A stretch of 32,000 nt of DNA from Sinorhizobium meliloti (GTDB lineage Bacteria; Pseudomonadota; Alphaproteobacteria; Rhizobiales; Rhizobiaceae): positions 2,670,001 to 2,702,000 of the forward strand of contig NZ_JAGIOS010000001.1 of NCBI RefSeq assembly GCF_017876815.1, written 5' to 3'. Below are positions 15,491-22,498 of the stretch, in pieces. The number at the start of each line of letters is the position of its first letter. Position 1 is the first letter of the stretch. The notes under the pieces are model-generated. The model searched no databases. It saw nothing but the letters and a program-made list of their open reading frames with translations, and was not told the origin of the DNA. Made by a program: the position numbers and the translations under genes.

Positions 15491-17375
15491 CGCCGCCTTT
15501 CAGGATGGATTGAAAAAGGCGCAGTCCGGGCTATCGCGCTTCGGCTCGATGGCAAAGACTGGGCTCATAGCTGGCGCCGCAGCAGCCGCCGCCGGCTTGG
15601 CCGCTTTCGGCGTTTCGGTGAAGGGAGCGATCGACGCCGCCGACGACATGTCGAAAATGGCTCAGAAGATCGGCATTCCGATCGAGGAGCTATCGCGGCT
15701 GAAATACGTCGCCGATCTATCGGGCGTCTCGATGCAGACGCTTGCCACCGGGGTTCGCAAGCTCTCCGTTAATATGACGGACGCGCTGGCCAAGCCCACC
15801 AGCGAGGTCGCGGCGGCCTTCCAGAAGCTCGGCATTGAATTGACCAACGCTGACGGCTCGATGCGGTCGTCGCAAGATATCCTCGTCCAGCTGTCCGACA
15901 AATTCGCGGCCATGCCTGATGCCGCGGAAAAAACGGCGCTGGCGATGAAGCTGCTTGGCAAATCCGGCGCCGAAATGATCCCGCTGCTGAATGGCGGCTC
16001 GGCGGCCTTGAGCCAGATGATGGCCGAGGCCGACTCCTTCGGGCAGGTTTTCACGAAGGAAATGGGCGCCAACGCCGAGGCCTTCAATGACAATATCTCG
16101 CGGCTGACCGGCGTCATCGGCAATCTCGCGGCGCGGGTGGCGACCCAACTCCTGCCGCATATGGTGGCCTTCTCCGAATGGCTCGTCCAGAACGCCCCGG
16201 CAATCGCCAACTTCGCCGTCAAGATGGTGGAATTCGGCGCGGGCGTCGCTGAACTCGGGATGGCAATCGGAAAGCTCGGGCAGGATATTTATGCGCTGGT
16301 GACCGGTGCATGGGCGGAATTCGAGGCGGCTTGGAACCGCATCATCGAGAAGCGCAATCAGCTTGTCGCCGCGATGCAGTCGTTCGGGCAGGAGGTCATT
16401 GCGGCCTTCATGGCGCTGCCCGCGCGCATGGCGGAAGTCGGCGGGCAGATCATTGATGGGCTCTGGAATGCCATCAAAGCACGGTGGGAGGTGGTCAAGG
16501 CCGGCCTCGCCGCGTTCGGGCACGAAATCGTCGCCGCCTTCAAAGCGATCCCCGGCCAAATGGCCGCGATCGGCACAGATATTATTGATGGCCTCTATAG
16601 CGGCATTCAGCAAAGGTGGAACGCCGTCAAAGGCGGCCTTTCCTCGATCGGCCATGGCGTCATCAATTTCATCAAAAACCCGCTCCAGACGCACTCGCCG
16701 TCGCGCGTCATGCATGAAATCGGCGGCTACGTCATTCAGGGCCTCGCCAATGGCATCATGGCCAACCAGCCTTTGGCATTGAGCGCCGCGCAAGAATCCG
16801 CCGGGGCGATCACAGGCGCCTTCAATGGCGTGCAGCAGATCGGCGGCACGATTTCCGGGATGCTTACCAGCGCGTTCCAGGGCCTTATAGACGGCTCCAA
16901 AAAGGTCAAGGACGTTCTGAAAGACCTTCTCGGCCAGCTGGCGCAAATGCTGGTGAACCAAGCGTTCCAAACGCTGTTCGGCGGCGGCGGTGGTGGGAGC
17001 GATCCATGGGCCGGCCTCCGCTCCGTACGCGGCGGCGGTGGTGGTGGAATCTTTGGCTTGATCGGCAGTCTGTTCGGCTTTGCCAATGGCGGCTCGTTCA
17101 AAGTCGGCGGGGCCGGCGGCGCCGATAGCCAGATTGTCGCCTTCCGCGCCTCGCCGAATGAGCGCGTCAGCGTCACCAAGCCGGGGCAGGAGACGCGGCA
17201 CGGTGCCCCGGTCGCGGTCCAGGTCGGCGTGACTGTCGATGATGACGGCAGAATTCGCGCCTATGTGACCGACATGGGCTCCAAGGCGGCGCAGACGGGC
17301 GCGGCAATGGCCGTGCGGCAAGTCAAGTCCAGCATGCCGCACCTGATCGCCAACGCGCAATCGCGGTCAATGTGA
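15441..17375 (+). CDS. Tail tape measure protein
   Basis: At 644 aa it is the longest helical ORF after the chaperones. It begins ALRVNLGLDSAAFQDGLKKAQSGL, has an Ala-rich TM-like segment, 44-aa internal repeats and Gly-rich tracts. RBS gaggaaaa precedes the ATG. Confidence 0.9.
   Translation: MTSAVIGALRVNLGLDSAAFQDGLKKAQSGLSRFGSMAKTGLIAGAAAAAAGLAAFGVSVKGAIDAADDMSKMAQKIGIPIEELSRLKYVADLSGVSMQTLATGVRKLSVNMTDALAKPTSEVAAAFQKLGIELTNADGSMRSSQDILVQLSDKFAAMPDAAEKTALAMKLLGKSGAEMIPLLNGGSAALSQMMAEADSFGQVFTKEMGANAEAFNDNISRLTGVIGNLAARVATQLLPHMVAFSEWLVQNAPAIANFAVKMVEFGAGVAELGMAIGKLGQDIYALVTGAWAEFEAAWNRIIEKRNQLVAAMQSFGQEVIAAFMALPARMAEVGGQIIDGLWNAIKARWEVVKAGLAAFGHEIVAAFKAIPGQMAAIGTDIIDGLYSGIQQRWNAVKGGLSSIGHGVINFIKNPLQTHSPSRVMHEIGGYVIQGLANGIMANQPLALSAAQESAGAITGAFNGVQQIGGTISGMLTSAFQGLIDGSKKVKDVLKDLLGQLAQMLVNQAFQTLFGGGGGGSDPWAGLRSVRGGGGGGIFGLIGSLFGFANGGSFKVGGAGGADSQIVAFRASPNERVSVTKPGQETRHGAPVAVQVGVTVDDDGRIRAYVTDMGSKAAQTGAAMAVRQVKSSMPHLIANAQSRSM
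16332..16680 (+). repeat. In-frame 132-nt (44-aa) tandem repeat, about 2.6 copies, inside the tape measure gene
   Basis: Units start at 16332 (WNRIIEKRNQLVAAMQSFGQEVIAAFMALPARMAEVGGQIIDGL), 16464 (WNAIKARWEVVKAGLAAFGHEIVAAFKAIPGQMAAIGTDIIDGL) and 16596 (YSGIQQRWNAVKGGLSSIGHGVINFIKN...). Confidence 0.8.
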
Positions 17376-18058
17376 TCATGACGCTACGTTGGCCGCTCGA
17401 TATCTTGCCGCCGCGCGAGATTGTCGCCGATATCGCCCCGCGATCCATGGCCGCCCCGGCCGCCGTGTCCGGGGTCCAGCAAGTCGTCGCGTCCGACGCT
17501 GGCCTCTGGAAAGTCGCCTTCGGCGGCATCCCGGTTGTCAATGGCAATGCGGTGCTGACGTGGCGGGCGATCGCGGCCACGCTTGAGGGCCGTATCCAGC
17601 CGATCCTCGTCCCGCTTTCGCACTGGTATCAGCCGGAGCCGCCCAATGCCGAGGCGCTCGGTCTCTGGAACCCGGTGGCGCATTCCGACAATACCCGCTT
17701 TACCGATGGCACCGGCTATCAGGGCTCGGTCAATGACGTGCGCCTTCTCTCGGCCGTCGCATCGCGCGCGGTCTCGGCGACGTTCAATGTCGTTGCGGCC
17801 GGCGCCAAGATGCAGCCCGGCCAAATCTTCTCCCTCGGCGAGCGGCTTTATCGGCTGCGCACCGTCACTTGGACATCGGCCACAGTCGCGGCGGTGACAT
17901 TCCGGCCGCCGGCCCGCGAGGCCGCCGCAGCCAGCCAGCGGGTGGAGCTTGATGATCCAGTGTGCCGGATGCGCCTTGCCTCCGATGCCGAAATGGACCT
18001 GCCGCTGGATTATGGCCGCTGGTCCTTCCCCACCGTCAATTTCATCGAGGATGTTTGA
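17372..18058 (+). CDS. Distal-tail-position protein (family not recognised)
   Basis: A 228-aa ORF whose start overlaps the tape measure stop (ATGA). It occupies the Dit / GTA g12 position, but the sequence does not show the DUF2460 pattern I remember. Confidence 0.6.
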   Translation: MIMTLRWPLDILPPREIVADIAPRSMAAPAAVSGVQQVVASDAGLWKVAFGGIPVVNGNAVLTWRAIAATLEGRIQPILVPLSHWYQPEPPNAEALGLWNPVAHSDNTRFTDGTGYQGSVNDVRLLSAVASRAVSATFNVVAAGAKMQPGQIFSLGERLYRLRTVTWTSATVAAVTFRPPAREAAAASQRVELDDPVCRMRLASDAEMDLPLDYGRWSFPTVNFIEDV

Positions 18059-18651
18059 TGTCGTCGTTTTTCAGTGCCGACCAGATCGAGGCAATGAGCG
18101 GCGCCGTTGTGCGCTGCGACTTGCTGGTCGAGATGGCGTTCCGATCGGAAACTATTCGCGTCTGGAATGGCAATACCGAGCTTATGGCCGGCGGCAGGAA
18201 ATGGCTCCCGATGTATGGCTATGGCATCGTGGACGGCCTTTCCATGCCAACGTCGGCCGTCTCCGAATCCATCACGCTACAGCTGAACGGCCTGCCAAAT
18301 CAGGCGGCCGATTTCCTGAAAGTCGCGATTGATGAAACGCCCGAGGTCGATCAGCAGACCGTCACCGTTTTCATCCAGCTATTCAACGAGGATTGGCAAC
18401 CGTTCGGGGTCCCGGCGCCGATCTGGTGGGGCTACATGCAGCCGCCCCGCATTTCCCGGACCCAAGTCCGCGACCTTGAAGGCGCGGTTCAGACAATCAC
18501 GCTGACGGCCGAGAATGCTTTCTTCGGTCGATCGCGCCCGCCCTTCGGCCGCTACACGGATCGCGACCAGCAGAACCGCTCGCCTGGCGACCGCTTTTTC
18601 CAGTTCACGGCCAGCCTCGTCTACAAATCATTCCGCTACCCGGATTACTGA
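18058..18651 (+). CDS. Tail hub-position protein (GTA g13 position, family not recognised)
   Basis: The ATG at 18058 shares one nt with the preceding TGA. The 197-aa sequence begins MSSFFSADQIEAMSGAVVRCDLLVEMAFRSETIRVWNGNTEL.... The 32-codon upstream extension in the track was discarded. Confidence 0.6.
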   Translation: MSSFFSADQIEAMSGAVVRCDLLVEMAFRSETIRVWNGNTELMAGGRKWLPMYGYGIVDGLSMPTSAVSESITLQLNGLPNQAADFLKVAIDETPEVDQQTVTVFIQLFNEDWQPFGVPAPIWWGYMQPPRISRTQVRDLEGAVQTITLTAENAFFGRSRPPFGRYTDRDQQNRSPGDRFFQFTASLVYKSFRYPDY

Positions 18652-19049
18652 TGACGGTTGATGAATTCATCACGGCCGAGCTTTCCCGGCCGTTTTCATG
18701 GGGCAAGAGCGATTGCGCCGCCATGGCCGATCGCTGGGTGCAGGCCGTCGCCGGCTTTTCCCCTATGGACCTTTTCGGCCGCCGCCACCGCGACGAGGCC
18801 GAGGCTCTGGAATGGCTGCGCGAGCCCGGCAGCATTGCCGTGGCCGTCAATCGCGTGATGCGCGCCGCTGGCTTCAAGAAAACCGCCGAGCCAAGGATTG
18901 GCGACGTGGGGCTCGTCTTCCATGAGGGCCGGCTTTGCGTGGCGATCCTCGCGGGGTCGGTATGGATTTGCCGCGATGAGTCCGGCCTGATCGGCGTCGC
19001 ACCGGCCGCGCTTTGGAAGGCGTGGAGGATCGAATGCCTGCGGCGGTAG
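18651..19049 (+). CDS. NlpC/P60-like small tail-associated protein (DUF6950-like, GTA g14 position)
   Basis: PFSWGKSDCAAMADRWVQAVAGFSP...PRIGDVGLVFHEGRLCVAIL has a Cys-containing WG..DC motif and a downstream His. Size and position match the cell-wall peptidase of GTA-like tails. Confidence 0.6.
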   Translation: MTVDEFITAELSRPFSWGKSDCAAMADRWVQAVAGFSPMDLFGRRHRDEAEALEWLREPGSIAVAVNRVMRAAGFKKTAEPRIGDVGLVFHEGRLCVAILAGSVWICRDESGLIGVAPAALWKAWRIECLRR

Positions 19050-21457
19050 TGGGCATCATTGGGGCGATCGGCGCCGCCGTATCCGGGATCGCCTCCACCG
19101 TCGCCGGATTGTTCGGGGCGATCGGCTCCACCGCGATCGGCACCGCCTTGCTGAAACTCGGCCTGTCCATCGGCCTGTCCTATCTGGTCAGCGCGTTCAA
19201 CAGGCCGAAGCAACCCAAGCCCGAGGACGTGCAGCAATCGTTCCGGCAGGCGACGGCGCCGAGGGTCCGCCATTACGGCCGGGCGAAAGCCTCCGGGACA
19301 TGGGTCTTTGCCGAGGCCAAGGGCGGGCATTTCTACAAGGTCCTCGCGATCGGGCAGGGGGAAATTGATGCGATTGAGGAATACTGGATTGATGATAAGC
19401 AGGTCACGCCCGATGCCGTGACCGGCAAGACCGGGACGAATGTTCGGCTCCGCGCGCGCCTCGGCAAAACCACCGAGACCTATTACGACGAGCTTGCCGC
19501 CGTCTTCCCGGATAGCTGGACGGCCGAGCATCGCGGCGACGGCGTGGCGTCGGTTTTCGTGACGCAATACGCGGTCGAGCAAAAAAACTACCTGCGCAAT
19601 TTCCCGAACGGCATCAACACCACCGTCCGCCTCGTCTTCCGGGGCGCCAAGGTCAAAAATCCGATTACCGGCGCGACCGCATGGAGCGACAACGCCGCTG
19701 CGGTGATCCGGGATTACATGACGCATCAGGATGGCATGCGCCTCCCGGAGAAATTCGTCGCCACCGCCAAGGCCCACGCGGGCTGGCGCACGGCTTTTAC
19801 GCGGGCGGCGGAAACGGTCCCGCTCAAGGGCGGATTGTCCGAGCCGCGCTATCGCCTTTGGGGCTCCTACCAGATGGACGAGCGGCCGGCCGACGTGCTG
19901 AGCCGCATGCTGGCCGCCTGCGATGGCCGGTTGGTGCCGACTGCTGACGGCGGGCTGACGCTGGATATCGGAACGTGGGCCGAGCCGGCGGTGGTCCTCG
20001 ATAACGACTCAATCACCGGCTTTTCCGAGCTTGGCCGTGGCCGCGATATCCTGACGACCGCAAACACCGTCCGCGCCACGTTTCTTGATCCGTCGCAGGA
20101 TTATCAGGCGGCCGACGCCGATCCGTGGGTCGATGCCGAGGACGTATCCCTTCGGGGCGAGATCGAGCAGGACATTCAGCTGAATATGGCGCCAAGCCAC
20201 AGCCAAGCGCGGCGGCTGATGAAATTGGCGGCGTGGCGGGCGAATCCCGCATGGATTGCCACCTTCCAATGTAACCTGCGCGGCCTCGCCGCCTTCGGCG
20301 AACGCTTCGTCCGGATCGATTATCCGTTGCTCGGCATCAACTCCGTTTTCGAAGTGGACGATTTCCGCTTTGTCATCGATGAGGGCGGGCTTCTGGTCGG
20401 CGTGACCATTCAGGTGCACTCGATGCCGGCCACCGCCTATTCATGGGACCCGGATCAGGAACAGGGCGACGCGCCGGTATCTGAGAATTCCGAGACCGAC
20501 GACGAAATCCCGGTGCCCGACCCGCCGACAGTGACCTTCGTCGGCATGGCCGCCGAGCTTTCCTTTGAGCCGTCGCCGTCGCCGATCCTCAATATTGAGG
20601 CGCGCTGGAAGCGGACAAACCAGAGCACGTGGACGGAGTCCGGCGTGCTGGCCAATGCCGCGTCCACCTTCACGACCCCGGCGCTAACAGAGAACGTCGA
20701 ATATGAATTCCAGCTTCGCTATGTGACCGAGCGCGGCTTGGAGGGCAATTGGTCGGTGAGTGCGCTCGGCACGCCAAGCGGCGATCCGGCGGCGCTCGAC
20801 TCCTTCACAGCGGTCGGCGGGTTGGGCCGCGCCACGCTCAATTTCGATACCGCGACCGTGGACGGCAATCTCAACACCATTGCCATCTACCGCGTGCCAT
20901 TCGGCCAAGCGCTGAACAAGACGACGCATTTCCTTACCCGGATTTCGGCCGCTCCGAACGATACGATATCGCTGACCGATGGCGACGCGACACCCGTCAA
21001 TCTGCTCACCAATCCGGGATTTTCGAGCGACGTGGGCTGGACGACGACCGCCGGGTGGGCAATCGCCAACGGCAAGGCATCGCACGCGCTCGGCGTCTAT
21101 GGCGGCATTTCTCAGGCGGTCACGCTGGCGGCGGGCACTGTCTATCGCATCGCATATACCATCCTCGATTACGACGCCGGGGCGCTCCAAACGCGCCTGA
21201 CCGGCGGCACCCCCGTTGATGGCGAGTGGATTTGGGGCAATGAGCGGAAATTGCTCAAGCTGACCGCCGCCAGCGGAAACACTGCATTCCAGGTGGACGC
21301 ATCCACCGACTGCGGCGCCTCAATCGATGACGCCGTGATCTTCGCGGAAACCGGCACATGCGCGCCGCAGGGCGTGTGGAATTACTACGCGATCCCCGAA
21401 AGCGCCGCGCTGGTCGAGGGGCCGGCATCCGGCCCGATCACCGCGACAATCATCTGA
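19034..21457 (+). CDS. Host specificity (J-like / GTA g15-like) central tail fibre protein with FN3 and C-terminal carbohydrate-binding-like modules
   Basis: RBS ggagg lies 5 nt before the ATG at 19034. A Gly/Ala-rich hydrophobic N-terminus (VVGIIGAIGAAVSGIASTVAGLFGAIGS) is followed by YKVLAIGQGEIDAIEEYWIDDKQV, typical of J-like proteins. An FN3-like segment sits at about 20517-20780, and a jelly-roll-like module starts with VNLLTNPGF at 20996. Confidence 0.8.
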   Translation: MPAAVVGIIGAIGAAVSGIASTVAGLFGAIGSTAIGTALLKLGLSIGLSYLVSAFNRPKQPKPEDVQQSFRQATAPRVRHYGRAKASGTWVFAEAKGGHFYKVLAIGQGEIDAIEEYWIDDKQVTPDAVTGKTGTNVRLRARLGKTTETYYDELAAVFPDSWTAEHRGDGVASVFVTQYAVEQKNYLRNFPNGINTTVRLVFRGAKVKNPITGATAWSDNAAAVIRDYMTHQDGMRLPEKFVATAKAHAGWRTAFTRAAETVPLKGGLSEPRYRLWGSYQMDERPADVLSRMLAACDGRLVPTADGGLTLDIGTWAEPAVVLDNDSITGFSELGRGRDILTTANTVRATFLDPSQDYQAADADPWVDAEDVSLRGEIEQDIQLNMAPSHSQARRLMKLAAWRANPAWIATFQCNLRGLAAFGERFVRIDYPLLGINSVFEVDDFRFVIDEGGLLVGVTIQVHSMPATAYSWDPDQEQGDAPVSENSETDDEIPVPDPPTVTFVGMAAELSFEPSPSPILNIEARWKRTNQSTWTESGVLANAASTFTTPALTENVEYEFQLRYVTERGLEGNWSVSALGTPSGDPAALDSFTAVGGLGRATLNFDTATVDGNLNTIAIYRVPFGQALNKTTHFLTRISAAPNDTISLTDGDATPVNLLTNPGFSSDVGWTTTAGWAIANGKASHALGVYGGISQAVTLAAGTVYRIAYTILDYDAGALQTRLTGGTPVDGEWIWGNERKLLKLTAASGNTAFQVDASTDCGASIDDAVIFAETGTCAPQGVWNYYAIPESAALVEGPASGPITATII

Positions 21458-21472
21458 CAAGGGAGAAAACGA

Positions 21473-21682
21473 ATGGCTACGGCAAATGAAATCTGGCGCG
21501 ATTTCAATGTGGACGGCGTTCCGTCTTCCGGTCCTTATGATCCCGAAAAATCGCAAATCCGGCAGTGGGGCATGCAGCGGGTAGGGTCCACCGCCGTCTC
21601 CACAATTGTCAAGCTGACGCAAGCACAATACAATGCGCTCGGCACCAAGGACGCCAACACGCTCTACATCATCGTCGGTTAG
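21473..21682 (+). CDS. Small tail-fibre-associated protein (69 aa)
   Basis: MATANEIWRDFNVDGVPSSGPYDPEKSQIRQW...LTQAQYNALGTKDANTLYIIVG. A T(Q/E)A(Q/E)Y.AL...D.NTLY(F/I)I ending is common in phage fibre proteins. RBS gggagaaaacga precedes the ATG. Confidence 0.55.
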   Translation: MATANEIWRDFNVDGVPSSGPYDPEKSQIRQWGMQRVGSTAVSTIVKLTQAQYNALGTKDANTLYIIVG

Positions 21683-21691
21683 GCCCACTCC

Positions 21692-22498
21692 ATGTATGTC
21701 GGAACCGGCAAGGTCGCCGCCCTCCACGTGGGCAGCGATCTGATCAGCCGCGCCTATCTTGGCGATGAGATTGTTTATCCGCCGGGCTCCTATCCGCTCG
21801 GGTCGCTTTCGACCTTGGCATGGTGGCGCGCCGATGATGCCTCGTCGCTGACGCTTGTCGGCGGCAAGGTTTCGCAATGGCGTGACCAGATCGCCGGCCA
21901 CTCCATGGCGCAGGGCACTGACGCCCGCCGGCCGGTCTATTCGGCTGCCAGCTTTGCCGCATCGCCGGGCGTCCAGTTCTCCTCCGCCGGTCAGACTTAT
22001 CTTTCGATGAGCACGTCGCCTTGGCCGATCGAGGGCGATGAAGGCGCGGTGTTGATCGTCTGCGATCAGCTTTCGCCCGCCAGCGCGACCGTGCCGAAGA
22101 CTCTCTTTTCCTATGGCAACACCGCTTTCACGCAACGCAAGGTCCAGCGCCTTGTCGTCGCGGGCGTCAATCGCGCGGCGGCGGATATCGGCAACACCTT
22201 TTCGACTTATCCGATCTATGAGGGCACACAGAACTTTTCCGGCATCCATGCCGTCACCGCCTTTTTCGGCGATGTGAATACGACCGTGGCGATCGAGGAA
22301 GAGTTTGCCGGCGTCAACACGCTGGCTTTGCGCACCGAGGCCGGGCGGACCCGGATCGGGGCCGATGCCTTGGCGGCGCCCACCGAATATTGCGACAGCA
22401 TTATCCGGGATGTCGTCATAGTCGACACCACCACCATGGAGCCCGGCGAGTTTGACCGCTTCGTTGATTGGGCGATCGGCAGGAGGACTCCGGTGTGA
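21692..22498 (+). CDS. Tail fibre / receptor-binding protein with LamG (concanavalin-like) domain
   Basis: The N-terminal motif KVAALHVGSDLISRAYLGDEIVYPP is shared with the next gene. WWRADDASSLTLVGGKVSQWRDQIAGHSMAQGTDARRPVY...PGVQFSSAGQTYL is the pattern seen in LamG-type fibre modules. Confidence 0.6.
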   Translation: MYVGTGKVAALHVGSDLISRAYLGDEIVYPPGSYPLGSLSTLAWWRADDASSLTLVGGKVSQWRDQIAGHSMAQGTDARRPVYSAASFAASPGVQFSSAGQTYLSMSTSPWPIEGDEGAVLIVCDQLSPASATVPKTLFSYGNTAFTQRKVQRLVVAGVNRAAADIGNTFSTYPIYEGTQNFSGIHAVTAFFGDVNTTVAIEEEFAGVNTLALRTEAGRTRIGADALAAPTEYCDSIIRDVVIVDTTTMEPGEFDRFVDWAIGRRTPV

